Shown piece by piece: positions 16,327 through 26,137 of a stretch of 64,000 nucleotides of DNA. Numbering within the stretch: position 1 is the first letter of the stretch; every line of letters begins with the position of its first letter. Source of the DNA: Hyalangium minutum (GTDB taxonomy: Bacteria > Myxococcota > Myxococcia > Myxococcales > Myxococcaceae); contig NZ_JMCB01000003.1 of assembly GCF_000737315.1 (NCBI RefSeq), forward strand, positions 682,001-746,000, written 5' to 3'. The notes beneath the pieces were generated by a model. That model did not search any database. It was not told the origin of the DNA and was given only the letters and a program-made list of their open reading frames with translations. The position numbers and the translations under genes are program-made.

Positions 16327-19131
16327 TCACGGCTTGCTGGAGGGATTGGCGGGATCGGTCCCAGCCGCCCACTCGTCACCGTCGAGCGCACCGTCGAGAT
16401 CCCGATCGATGCCCATGCGTACGCCCGAGCCCGGCGGCACGCAGGTGAACGTCAGCGCGCCGATGCTCTCGGCCACCGAGGTGCGGAGGCTCATATCGGC
16501 GACATGGGGCTGTGCCTGCCGATCGCTCGCGAACAGCCCACCGCCCAGATAGAGGAAGCCCACCTCCAGGCCCAGGATCCGTCCCTTCGCCACCAGCTCG
16601 CACTCCCCCGCCTCCGCGCGCTGCTTGAGCAGCAGGATGCGAGGGCCCACCACGAACGCATTGGTGGCCGTGAGCGTCACTTGCTGGCCGACGATGGGCG
16701 CCAGGTTGTTGTCGAAGGCGAACATGAACTGCTCCATATCCTTCTTGGCCTGGGTCCCCTCGGGCGTGAGTGGAATACCAGGCTGGTTGAAGATCGGGTC
16801 GAAGTCGAAGCCGCTGTTGAAGAGGAACAGCGTGGGGATGGCGCCATCACTGTTGTAGCCAATGCCGCGGACCTGATCGCCCAGGAAGGGATCCTCGCCC
16901 ACCGAGCCGAAGCCGAAGCCGGCGCCGAACATGCCGACCTTTTGGTACATGTTGCGCAGGTGCGGCACCTTGGGGAACAGCGGCTCCGCGTCCCAGGACG
17001 AGCGCCCATCCGTCCCGAAGAAGCCCTTGAAGCGGCCCTTGCTGGCGTTGGCGTTGGGATCCAGCGTGTGGCACGCGGCGCACGAGCCGTGGAAGAAGCT
17101 CGTGACGTTCATGAAGAAGTCCTTGCCCGCCTGCTGGTTCGGCGTGAGCGAGTTGTCCAGGTTCCGGATCGGGTTGGGCGGATACATGATCTGGAGCGCG
17201 AAGTCGGTGAACTTCTGCAGCTCCGCGGGGCTGAGCTGCGCGCTGCGCCCGAGCAGATCCTTGAAGGCCGGGTTGAACTGCTTGAAGGCCGCCTCCTCGT
17301 TGAACGCGCCGCTGTCCGGCTGTGCGCTCGGTGCGGTGTCACCGCCGTTGCGATCGCCGCGCCAGTGCATGGGGCCGTGGTTGGCCATGCCGCGCAGGCT
17401 CTGGGTCGCCAGGGGGCCCTTCAGCGGGTGGAAGCGGGTGTCCTGACCGAATGTCGGGTCGTTGCCGAACTCGGGCAGCACCGGGACGATGGGGCTCGGG
17501 TTCGTCTTCACCAGCGCGTCCGGGTTGCCGAGATCCCACGTGAGGCTGTCGAAGTCCCCGAAGATATGGCAGCTGGCGCACGACGAGTCGCCATGGCTGG
17601 AGCTGTTCTTCGCGTCGTAGAGGAACCGGCGGCCCTCCACCACGCTCGAAGGCTCGGGGTTGTACATGGGGAGGTGCGAGATCTCCAGGCGGGTGACGGT
17701 GTTGATGACGGAGATCGCGTTGTCGAAGCGCGTCAGCACGTACAGGCGCTGGCGCGACTCATCCAGCACCATGCCGGTGGGGCCGCCGCCGCTCACGGTG
17801 ATCTGGTTCGTCGTGCTCGGCACGAAGGTGTTGGCCTCGAGCGCCGCCGTGGCGTACACGCCGATCTTCGAGGAGCCGAAGGCCGCCACATACAGCGTGC
17901 TGCCATCCGAGCTCACCGCCATGCCCAGCGGCTGCGCGAGGCTCTTCTCGTTCTCCGGGTTGGGGATGGGCGCGCAGCAGGTGCTGTAGTTGATGTGCTT
18001 GTTGAGGTGCCGCGGGGTGACGGTGGCGTTGCTCGGGTTCAGCACGGTGATGCGGCTCTCGTGCAGGTGCCCGCGCAGGCTGCTTCCGGCGAAGGTGCCG
18101 GGGCCCTCGAAGCGCAGATCATTCCGGCCCTCGGTGTTGCTGACGTAGACCTTCCCGTTCACCGGATTGACGGCCATGTTGAACAGGATGGTGCCCACGC
18201 CGGTGAAGAAGCCGCTCGGGTTGGGCACCGGCGCTGGCGGGTTGGAGAAGGCGCTGATCGCGAACACGTCCTTGTCCGGCAGCGAGAAGCGCACCTTGCT
18301 CGTCCACGGGCGGCCCAGCACGTCCACCCAGTCCTGGCCGTTGTACTTGACGATGACGGAGACCTCGGGACCCGGAGCGCCCTGCACGTTGACGTTTGGA
18401 CCTGGGACACCTCCCACGGCCTCGCCGCCGTTGGGGACGATGCTCTCGTGGAGCACCGTGGTGCGGTTGCCCGAGTGGAACGCGGCCGCGTAGACGCGCG
18501 AGCCATCCGCTGTGACCGCCAGCGCCCGCGGCGTGTCGCTGAACAGGTTGACGATGGTGAGCGGCGTGCCGCCCAGCGTGTTGCCCAGGTTGTCCGCGTC
18601 GAAGACCCAGACGTCGGCCCGGCCGACGCCCGGCGTGGTCAGCTGCGGATCAAAAGGAGCGTTCTGCCCGCGGTGGGCCGCGGTGATGAAGGCGCGCCGC
18701 TTCAGAGGCCCGGCGAAGACGATGTCTCGCGGCTCATCCCCCACCAGCAGCGTCCGCGCGACGGCCCCGTCCTCCCCGTCCAGGTCGAAGCGGACCACGC
18801 TCACGCTGTCGGACAGGTGGTTGACGACCCAGACCTCGGTGTCACTGCGAGCAGCAACCGCGACGGGCTCCAGGCCCACGGGCACCGACGAGCGATGAAC
18901 GAGGCCGGTGTTCTCCACCTTGTAGATCTCCAGGCGGTTGTCCGGCGTGTTGACGGCGAAGAGGAGCCTTCCGTTCGGAGAGAGCGCCAGCGGCCGGACC
19001 TGACCACTCTCGAAGAGGGTGAACCCGGCGGGAGCGGGTGCCCCGTGAGCGGCTGCCAGGCCAGTGAGCAACATCCCCACGAGAACTGCTCTCGAGACCT
19101 CTCGGCGCAAGGCCAGACTGCGGGCGTTCAT
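16327..19131 (-). CDS. Secreted YVTN/YncE beta-propeller fused to a di-heme cytochrome c peroxidase/MauG-like domain
   Basis: Signal peptide and propeller repeats (GLEPVAVA, GDEPRDIVF, GGPTGMVL). Two CxxCH motifs (CASCH, CAACH), KVPHLRN, and a C-terminal DRDLDGALDGDE Ca-binding-like motif. Confidence 0.85.
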   Translation of the reverse strand: MNARSLALRREVSRAVLVGMLLTGLAAAHGAPAPAGFTLFESGQVRPLALSPNGRLLFAVNTPDNRLEIYKVENTGLVHRSSVPVGLEPVAVAARSDTEVWVVNHLSDSVSVVRFDLDGEDGAVARTLLVGDEPRDIVFAGPLKRRAFITAAHRGQNAPFDPQLTTPGVGRADVWVFDADNLGNTLGGTPLTIVNLFSDTPRALAVTADGSRVYAAAFHSGNRTTVLHESIVPNGGEAVGGVPGPNVNVQGAPGPEVSVIVKYNGQDWVDVLGRPWTSKVRFSLPDKDVFAISAFSNPPAPVPNPSGFFTGVGTILFNMAVNPVNGKVYVSNTEGRNDLRFEGPGTFAGSSLRGHLHESRITVLNPSNATVTPRHLNKHINYSTCCAPIPNPENEKSLAQPLGMAVSSDGSTLYVAAFGSSKIGVYATAALEANTFVPSTTNQITVSGGGPTGMVLDESRQRLYVLTRFDNAISVINTVTRLEISHLPMYNPEPSSVVEGRRFLYDAKNSSSHGDSSCASCHIFGDFDSLTWDLGNPDALVKTNPSPIVPVLPEFGNDPTFGQDTRFHPLKGPLATQSLRGMANHGPMHWRGDRNGGDTAPSAQPDSGAFNEEAAFKQFNPAFKDLLGRSAQLSPAELQKFTDFALQIMYPPNPIRNLDNSLTPNQQAGKDFFMNVTSFFHGSCAACHTLDPNANASKGRFKGFFGTDGRSSWDAEPLFPKVPHLRNMYQKVGMFGAGFGFGSVGEDPFLGDQVRGIGYNSDGAIPTLFLFNSGFDFDPIFNQPGIPLTPEGTQAKKDMEQFMFAFDNNLAPIVGQQVTLTATNAFVVGPRILLLKQRAEAGECELVAKGRILGLEVGFLYLGGGLFASDRQAQPHVADMSLRTSVAESIGALTFTCVPPGSGVRMGIDRDLDGALDGDEWAAGTDPANPSSKP

Positions 19132-19168
19132 GTTCTCGGCATCCCCTCTCGGCGCAGTAACAAAGACG

Positions 19169-19201
19169 TATGCTCGATTTGTAATAATTTGAGCATATCA
19201 A
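19169..19201. promoter_or_regulatory. AT-rich dyad / T-N11-A candidate operator upstream of the heme-propeller operon
   Basis: TATGCTCGA (19169-19177) and TTGAGCATA (19189-19197) form an inverted repeat. TTGA-GCATA-TCAA (19189-19201) is a T-N11-A dyad. Confidence 0.45.
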
Positions 19202-19420
19202 ATGCTGCACCTACGAGGAGAAGCTGTAAATACGGGCGATTGTTTTATGAAAGAGAAAAGGATTGGACTTCAGGACAGGTCCGTTTTCACCCAGCCCTAA
19301 AGTACCTCTCCTTTTTACTTCTCGTCAAAGCCCCCCAGCGGAGCCGATGCCCCCACGCAAAAGAGCCCCTCGTGCGCGAGGCACGAGAGGCTCCGGCTCA
19401 GCTCGCGTGTGATTTCAGGC

Positions 19421-20596
19421 TCAGGCGCGGGCGGTACGATCCCACGCAGCCTTCTGCGCATTGCGCAGGAAGCGCCAGAAGCCCACGACAATGGCCATGT
19501 TCATGGTGACGAAGTAGTAGGCCATGGAGGCGATGCGGCGCCCGGTGCCCTTCAGCACGCCTGTCTTCCCCAGGTAGGCCAGTGCGTAGAACAGCACCTG
19601 GGTGAAGAGCGTCAGCCGGTAGAACACGCTGTCGAGCAGGAACAGGTTGGCCAGCAGCGCCACCGCCATGAGCGCCGGAGCGCACCAGCGCAGCAGCTTG
19701 TGGGACCAGAAGGCGAAGGCCGGGAAGCCCGCCGTGGGCAGCAGCAGCCCCGGCACCATGCGCAGGCTCTGGAAGTTGCCCGCGGCGATGCGCGCGCGGC
19801 GGCCGAACTCCTTGCCGTAGTCCTCCGTGGTCTCCTCGTGCGCCACCGCGCCGGCCTCGTAGACGACCTTGTAGCCCTGCTCGAGGATGCGCAGCGGGAT
19901 GACGAAGTCATCCACGATGGTGGACGGCGGCAGCTGCGTGAAGAGCGTGCGGCGGATGGCGTACAGGCCGCCGTTGGCGCCCACCACCGCGCCCCGCTTG
20001 CCCTCGTAGAACTTGATGAGCGACTCGTAGTTCCAGTAGGCGCTCTCCTCGTAGTCCTTCTTCGTCGGGTTGTAGAGCCGCAGCTTGCCGCAGACCGCGC
20101 CCACGTCCGGGTCCTCGAAGTGCTTCACCAGGGCTTGAATGGCCTCCGGCTCGATCATCGTGTTGGCGTCCGAGAGGACGATGATGTCCCCCTTCGCCGA
20201 GGGGATGCAGCGGTTGAGCACCGTCGTCTTCCCCGCGCGCGGCGCCGGAGACAGGCGCACCCGTGAGTCCGTGCACGCCCGGACGAGCTCATCCGTGCCG
20301 TCCGTGGAGCCATCCGAGCCGATCACCACCTCGAAGCGGTTCGCCGGGTACTTCAGCGCCAGGCTGTTCTCCAGCTTCTGCCGGATGCAGCTCGCCTCGT
20401 TGTAGGCGGCCACCACCAGGCTCACCGAAGGCAGCGGCGCGGGCGTGCGCTCTGGGAGCTGCCTCTCCCCTCTCCGCATCGCTCGGAGGTTGTGGAACAC
20501 CTGCGCCACACCTTCGAACACGAACAGCCACAGTGGGTAGAAAAAGTACGTGTGTAGGAGCAGCAGTGCCGCGCACCAGAAGAAAACCACCGCCAT
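19421..20596 (-). CDS. Glycosyltransferase family 2 (CESA-like), membrane-anchored
   Basis: VAAYNE, SDGSTDGT, LSDAN, IVDD and RRARIAAG (QxxRW-like position) motifs, with flanking TM helices. Confidence 0.92.
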   Translation of the reverse strand: MAVVFFWCAALLLLHTYFFYPLWLFVFEGVAQVFHNLRAMRRGERQLPERTPAPLPSVSLVVAAYNEASCIRQKLENSLALKYPANRFEVVIGSDGSTDGTDELVRACTDSRVRLSPAPRAGKTTVLNRCIPSAKGDIIVLSDANTMIEPEAIQALVKHFEDPDVGAVCGKLRLYNPTKKDYEESAYWNYESLIKFYEGKRGAVVGANGGLYAIRRTLFTQLPPSTIVDDFVIPLRILEQGYKVVYEAGAVAHEETTEDYGKEFGRRARIAAGNFQSLRMVPGLLLPTAGFPAFAFWSHKLLRWCAPALMAVALLANLFLLDSVFYRLTLFTQVLFYALAYLGKTGVLKGTGRRIASMAYYFVTMNMAIVVGFWRFLRNAQKAAWDRTARA

Positions 20597-20771
20597 GACC
20601 CTCGCCTCCCCATTCCCAAATCCCGATTCCGCGGTTCGAGAATCGGACAGCAAGGGGTGTGCCGACGGTACAGGGCTGCTCATCCCTCTCAGCCCACAAG
20701 GCAGGGACCCCGGAGGGCCGTGCAACGCTGAACTTTCTCCAGCCCTCCGAGGACAGGGAACTGAAATCCAG

Positions 20772-22778
20772 TCAGGGCGCCGGCGCCGAGGCAGCCCGCT
20801 TCTGGAGCTTGGGTGCGAGCGTGTGGTTCGGGTTGAGCGCCACCACCGTGTTCAGCAAGGTCTGCGCCCCCGCCCGGTCATTGAGCCGCAGCGCCATCCG
20901 AGCGCCCAGCACGTAGGCGCGGAAGAAGGTCTTGTCCTGCTGGCGCACCCGGGCCAGGGCGTCACTCAGCTCCGGCAGCGCGTTCACCGGCGAGGGCGCG
21001 TTGAGGGCGTACTCCACGCGGGTGACGACGCTCCAGAGGGGCGGGGACTCCAGCTTGCTCAGCCGCTCCGCCAGGGAGATCGCCAGGGGATTTCCCCGGA
21101 CGCCTGCGTACACCGCCTGTGCTTTCCACCGCGCCACCACGTCCGCCGAGGGCTCCGTCTCCGGGGCCGCGCGCAGGCCAGGGATCAGCTTATCGAGCTG
21201 CTGGGTCAGCTCCAGGGAGGACACCTCGAGCGGCTTCCTCTGGCCTCTCAGCGCGGACAGCTCCTGCTTGTGCGCGTTGACGCGGCTCTGCCAGTCGACC
21301 GGGGACTTCTTCGTTTCCAGGGCGTTCATCTCCTGCTGGATGCGCTGCACCTCCAGGTCCAGGAACTCGGCCTCGGCCTTTATATCATCCAGCTGCAGCG
21401 AGAGCCCCACCACCAGCTCGGCCTGCGCCTCGGTGAACTTCGGATACTGAACCGTGAGGCCGCGCAACATCTCGATGGCCTGCTGCCGGGAGCCAGCATC
21501 GTCCCGCCGCAACAGGCTCACCGCCTGATCCTTGGCGGCCAGCGCATCGCCCGGCAGCTCCGTGCCGCGGTTGCGCCAGACGGGATACGACAGCCAGGCC
21601 GTGAGCCCCAACGCGACGATGGCCGCGAGGATGAGCAGCACCCGCTCCTTCCCACCGCCCGTGGACGGCTCCGGGGCGGCGCCCGCGCGCGCGCCCGGGC
21701 TGGAGACCATCATCTCCGGGGGCAGCTCGACGGGAGCGCTGTGGCGCGAGGAGGCGTGAGGGCCGCTGCGTGCAATGGGGGCCTCCTGCTGCGGGAATGG
21801 CGGGAGGTTGGCTCCCGGCAGCGCGGCGGGCTCCTCGGGGAGTGCGATGGAGGGAGCGGCTCGGGGCGGAGCCGGCGCGGGACCGGGCTCGGACAGCCAC
21901 GGCGTGGAACTCCCAGCTTCCTTCGCCTTGCGCGCGGCCTGGACCTCGGTGGAACCGAATGTCTGGGTGGTGGCGGTCGTCGCCAGGGGGGCCCCTGAAG
22001 GGACAGCACCGAAGACCTGCGTCGTCGACGGCGAGGGAGCCTTGGCGGCCACGGCTGCGGAACCGAACACCTGCGTGCTGGCCGGCGAAGCCTCCTGCGG
22101 AGGGGCCGGGACCGCGCCAAAGACCTGCGTCGTGCTCGCGGGAGGAGCGGCCTTCGAGGCGACCGACGCAGCGCCGAACACTTGAGTCGTCGCAGCTGAA
22201 GGGGGCTTGGCGGCGACAGAGGCCGAGCCAAACGCCTGCGTCGTGGCTGGAGAGGGCGGCGGCTGTGTCACCGCGCCAAACACCTGGGTCTTCCCCGCGG
22301 CAGGCAGGGGCGCGCTCTCCACTGGGCCCGGTCGAAGCGTCCCGGAGCCGAAGACGGGTGTCCCCGGGGGCGTTGGAATCACCCCCGAGCCGAAGCTCGG
22401 GGTTCTGTCCTGCGACGGGGGCGGCGCCACTCCCGTGCCGAAGGAGGGCGTCCGGTCCGGCGGAGGCGGAGCGCCCGAGGCTCCAGGGGCCGGAATGGCG
22501 CCGTAGACCTGCGTCGTGCTGGTGCTGGGACCCGGCGGCTTCCCGAAGGCGTCGAACGGACTCCCGAAGACCTGGGTGCTCGTCCCCACCGCCGAGCGAG
22601 GAGCATCGCCCTTGGGCTTCGCCCCACCCTGCGCCTGGTTCGGGACGACCACCTCACCCGAGGGCAGCGCGGTGAAGACGTAGTTGCAGCGCGTGCACTG
22701 CACCGAGGCCCCCGACGGTGGCAGCAACCGGGGGTCGAGGTCGTACTGCTTCGAGCACTGGGGGCAGGCGATCTGCAC
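20772..22778 (-). CDS. Zinc-ribbon (MJ0042-like) bitopic membrane protein with TQxFG repeat linker
   Basis: CPQC...CTRC N-terminus, Pro/Ala/Thr-rich repeats, one TM helix, helical/TPR-like C-terminus. Confidence 0.85.
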   Translation of the reverse strand: MQIACPQCSKQYDLDPRLLPPSGASVQCTRCNYVFTALPSGEVVVPNQAQGGAKPKGDAPRSAVGTSTQVFGSPFDAFGKPPGPSTSTTQVYGAIPAPGASGAPPPPDRTPSFGTGVAPPPSQDRTPSFGSGVIPTPPGTPVFGSGTLRPGPVESAPLPAAGKTQVFGAVTQPPPSPATTQAFGSASVAAKPPSAATTQVFGAASVASKAAPPASTTQVFGAVPAPPQEASPASTQVFGSAAVAAKAPSPSTTQVFGAVPSGAPLATTATTQTFGSTEVQAARKAKEAGSSTPWLSEPGPAPAPPRAAPSIALPEEPAALPGANLPPFPQQEAPIARSGPHASSRHSAPVELPPEMMVSSPGARAGAAPEPSTGGGKERVLLILAAIVALGLTAWLSYPVWRNRGTELPGDALAAKDQAVSLLRRDDAGSRQQAIEMLRGLTVQYPKFTEAQAELVVGLSLQLDDIKAEAEFLDLEVQRIQQEMNALETKKSPVDWQSRVNAHKQELSALRGQRKPLEVSSLELTQQLDKLIPGLRAAPETEPSADVVARWKAQAVYAGVRGNPLAISLAERLSKLESPPLWSVVTRVEYALNAPSPVNALPELSDALARVRQQDKTFFRAYVLGARMALRLNDRAGAQTLLNTVVALNPNHTLAPKLQKRAASAPAP

Positions 22779-22787
22779 GCTCCGTGC

Positions 22788-23198
22788 TTACCACAGGGGG
22801 CCGGGGGACGGCGCCTCTCGTAGCTCGGTGGCTGCCTGGAGGGTCTCCAGCTTGGCACCGCCGACGCCGGAGACAGCGTCCACCTGGGCCCAGCTCGAGA
22901 AGCGCCCGTGGGCCTGCCGGGCCTCCACGAGCTTGCGCGCCAGCGAGCGGCCGACGCCGGGAACCCGGGCCAGCTCCTCCTCGGAGGCGGCGTTGAGGTC
23001 CAGCTTCAGCCCGAGCGCCAGAGCCTGCGCGCCGTTGGGCGGGGCGCCCTCTCCACAGACAGCCACCCCGTCCTTGAAGCGGACCGCGGCGGGCGCGCAG
23101 TCGAGGGTGGGCTTGGGGCTCGGCCACCGCCACCGCACCCCCCCTCCCAACGCCACCAGCCCGAGGGCGGCAGCGGCCAGTGCGCCCGTCCGGTTCAC
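22788..23198 (-). CDS. ComEA-like helix-hairpin-helix DNA-binding protein
   Basis: LDLNAASEEELARVPGVGRSLA...VSGVGGAKL HhH motifs, with an N-terminal hydrophobic anchor. Confidence 0.88.
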   Translation of the reverse strand: MNRTGALAAAALGLVALGGGVRWRWPSPKPTLDCAPAAVRFKDGVAVCGEGAPPNGAQALALGLKLDLNAASEEELARVPGVGRSLARKLVEARQAHGRFSSWAQVDAVSGVGGAKLETLQAATELREAPSPGPLW

Positions 23199-23201
23199 GT
23201 C

Positions 23202-24464
23202 CTAGCCCTTCAGCGGCACGGACTCGGCCACGCCCTCGGAGACGGGCTTGTCCAGGCCGAATGCGGTGTGCAGCTCGCGCACAGCCAGCTCGGTGTAGTT
23301 GGCGTGGATCACGCACGACACCTTGATCTCCGAGGTGGAGATCATCTGCACGTTGATACCGGCGCCCGCGAGCACCTTGAACATCTTGGCCGCCACGCCC
23401 GAGTGGTTGCGCATGCCCACGCCGACGATGGAGACCTTGGAGATCTGCTCGTCCATCTCCACGTCCTCGGCCTTGATCTTGATGGCCTTGGCGATCTTGC
23501 GCACCACATCCTTGGCCTTGACGAGGTCCGCCTTGCCGACCGTGAAGGTCAGGTCGGTGCGCCCATCCTTGGAGACGTTCTGGACGATGAGGTCGACGAT
23601 GATGTTCTTCTCGTCGAGCGCGCCGAAGATCTTCGCCGCCACGCCGGGCACGTCCGGCACGCTGCGAATGGCGATCTTCGCCTCGTTCTTGTCGTACGCA
23701 ATCCCGCTGACCACCACGTCTTCCATCGAAGGGTCCTCCTCACACACCAGCGTGCCCGGGTCGTCCGTGAAAGAGGACTTCACCCAGAGCGGCACCTTGT
23801 ACTTCATCGCGAACTCGACCGACCGGATCTGCAGCACCTTGGCGCCCACGCTGGCCAGCTCCAGCATCTCCTCGTAGGAGATGCGATCGAGCTTGCGGGC
23901 CGCGGGGGCCACGTTGGGGTCGGTGGTGTAGACGCCGTCGACGTCCGTGTAGATCTCGCAGGCATCGGCCTTGAGCGCCGCGGCCAGGGCCACCGCCGTG
24001 GTGTCCGAGCCACCGCGGCCCAGCGTGGTGACGTTGCCGTCCTCATCCACGCCTTGGAAGCCCGCCACGACAACGATGTGCTTCTTCTTCAGTGCGGCGC
24101 GGATCTTCTCGGCGTCGATGCTCTTGATGCGGGCCTTGGAGAAGGCGCTGTCGGTGGTGATGGCCACCTGGTGGCCCATGAAGCTGACGGCCTTGCGCTT
24201 CTGCGCCTGGATGGCCAGCGACACCAGCCCGATGGTGACCTGCTCGCCGGTGGCGGCCACCACGTCCTGCTCGCGCTCGCTGGGCCGATCGGTGATCTGT
24301 GACACCAGCTTCAGCAGGCGGTTGGTCTCTCCGGACATGGCCGAGACCACCACCACCACTTCATGACCGGCCTTCTGGGCCGCGATACACCGGCGTGCCA
24401 CGTTCTTGATGCGCTCGACGTCGCCGACCGAGGTTCCGCCGTACTTCTGGACGATGAGTGCCAA
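23202..24464 (-). CDS. lysC: Aspartate kinase
   Basis: LIVQKYGGTSV, TTLGRGGSDTTA, TDVDGVYTTDP and two ACT domains. TTG start. Confidence 0.95.
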   Translation of the reverse strand: MALIVQKYGGTSVGDVERIKNVARRCIAAQKAGHEVVVVVSAMSGETNRLLKLVSQITDRPSEREQDVVAATGEQVTIGLVSLAIQAQKRKAVSFMGHQVAITTDSAFSKARIKSIDAEKIRAALKKKHIVVVAGFQGVDEDGNVTTLGRGGSDTTAVALAAALKADACEIYTDVDGVYTTDPNVAPAARKLDRISYEEMLELASVGAKVLQIRSVEFAMKYKVPLWVKSSFTDDPGTLVCEEDPSMEDVVVSGIAYDKNEAKIAIRSVPDVPGVAAKIFGALDEKNIIVDLIVQNVSKDGRTDLTFTVGKADLVKAKDVVRKIAKAIKIKAEDVEMDEQISKVSIVGVGMRNHSGVAAKMFKVLAGAGINVQMISTSEIKVSCVIHANYTELAVRELHTAFGLDKPVSEGVAESVPLKG

Positions 24465-24608
24465 GGTGCTTGAACCCCTCTCTGCTTGACGGGCGGACCC
24501 TATTGAGCACATCCCCGCGTGTCAAAGCCGTCGTGATACAGAGAGCGCGCGTGACTGGCCCCGAGCCCTGAATGGGCTACGGTGCGCGCCCTTTTCCTTG
24601 GAGCCCCC

Positions 24609-26132
24609 ATGTCCTTGCCCCGCCTGCTCATCGATGGAGACACCCTGAAGCTGGAGGAGATCCTCCAGGTGGCCCGCCATGAAGTCACCGTGGAGTTGGC
24701 CCCCGAGGCCGCCGCCCGGGTGCGGGCCTCACGGGCGCTGGTGGACAAGGTGGCTGCGGGAGACGAGCCCTCGTACGGCATCAACACGGGCTTTGGCACC
24801 CTGGCCGAGGTCCGGATCGACAAGAAGGACCTGCGGGAGCTGCAGCGCAACCTGATCTTGTCGCACGCGGCGGGGGTGGGCTCGCCGCTGCCGCTGGGCG
24901 AGGCGCGGGCGCTGCTCCTCTTGCGGTGCAACGTGCTGGCAAAGGGGTACTCGGGGATCCGGTCAGAGACGCTGCAGTTGGCGCTGGAGATGCTGAATCG
25001 GGACGTGGTGCCGGTAGTGCCCGAGCGCGGCAGTGTGGGGGCCTCGGGAGACCTGGCGCCCCTGGCGCACCTGGCGCTGGTGTTCATCGGCGAGGGTGAG
25101 GCGTTCTACCAGGGGCAGCGGCTCCCGGCGCGGCAGGCGCTGGAGCGGGCGGGGCTGCAGCCGGTGGTGCTCGAGGCCAAGGAGGGCCTGGCGCTGGTGA
25201 ACGGCACGCAGGCCATGTGCGCGGTGGGCACCCTGCTCCAGATGCGAGCGGAGTTGCTGGCGGACATGGCGGATCTGGCCGGGACGATGACGCTGGAGGG
25301 CCTGCTGGGGAGCCACAAGCCCTTCATCCCGGAGATCCACGAGGTGCGGGCGCACCCGGGGCAGAAGACGTGCGCGGCGCACCTGCGGCGGCTGCTTGCG
25401 GGGAGCGATCTGGTGGAGACGCACGTGAACTGCAGCAAGGTGCAGGATCCGTACAGCCTGCGCTGCATGCCGCAGGTGCACGGGGCGGCGCGGGATGGGC
25501 TCTCGTTCGCGCGGCGGGTGCTGGAGGTGGAGGTGAACAGCGCCACGGACAACCCGCTGGTGTTCGTGGACTCGGAGCGGATCGTCTCGGGCGGCAACTT
25601 CCACGGGCAGCCGGTGTCGCTGGCGCTGGATGTGGCGGCCATGGCGCTGACGCAGCTGTCGGCGATCAGCGAGCGCCGGGTGGAGCAGCTGGTGAACCCG
25701 TCGCTGTCGGGGCTGCCGCCGTTCCTGGCGAAGAACTCGGGGTTGAACTCGGGGTTCATGATCGCGCAGGTGACGAGCGCGGCGCTGGTGGCGGAGTCGC
25801 GGATACTGAGTCACCCGGCATCGGTGGATTCGATTCCGTCCTCGGCGGGCCGGGAGGATCACGTGTCCATGGGCATGACGGCGGCGCTCAAGGCGCGGCA
25901 GGTGGCGGAGTTCACCCGCTCGTGCCTGGCCATCGAGATGCTGGTGGCGGCGCAGGCGCTGGACTACCGGCAGCCGGTGAAGGCGGGTCGGGGCCCGCAG
26001 GCCGCGTACGAGCTCATCCGCCGCAAGGTGCCGACGATGGAGAAGGACCGCGAGCTGCACCGGGACATCTCGGCGGTGAGCGAGCTGATCGACTCGGGCG
26101 AGTTGCTGGCGGCGGTCAAGGCTGCGGTGTAG
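24609..26132 (+). CDS. hutH: Histidine ammonia-lyase
   Basis: [16 protein letters not shown] (His-specific SH), MIO-forming [23 protein letters not shown]. Confidence 0.95.
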   Translation: MSLPRLLIDGDTLKLEEILQVARHEVTVELAPEAAARVRASRALVDKVAAGDEPSYGINTGFGTLAEVRIDKKDLRELQRNLILSHAAGVGSPLPLGEARALLLLRCNVLAKGYSGIRSETLQLALEMLNRDVVPVVPERGSVGASGDLAPLAHLALVFIGEGEAFYQGQRLPARQALERAGLQPVVLEAKEGLALVNGTQAMCAVGTLLQMRAELLADMADLAGTMTLEGLLGSHKPFIPEIHEVRAHPGQKTCAAHLRRLLAGSDLVETHVNCSKVQDPYSLRCMPQVHGAARDGLSFARRVLEVEVNSATDNPLVFVDSERIVSGGNFHGQPVSLALDVAAMALTQLSAISERRVEQLVNPSLSGLPPFLAKNSGLNSGFMIAQVTSAALVAESRILSHPASVDSIPSSAGREDHVSMGMTAALKARQVAEFTRSCLAIEMLVAAQALDYRQPVKAGRGPQAAYELIRRKVPTMEKDRELHRDISAVSELIDSGELLAAVKAAV

Positions 26133-26137
26133 CCCGA

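Noticed and set aside
19189-19201. FNR/CRP box
   Set aside because: TTGA-N5-TCAA is one base shorter than the TTGAT-N4-ATCAA consensus.
16504-19509. 1001-aa plus-strand ORF, and similar long shadow ORFs (1007-2743, 8129-10369, 13862-16552, 25217-27952, 42990-46013, 57822-60131, 60507-62564)
   Set aside because: They lie opposite or out of frame to well-supported genes. High GC3 suppresses stops, and the translations are low-complexity Arg/Ala/Gly-rich with no motifs.
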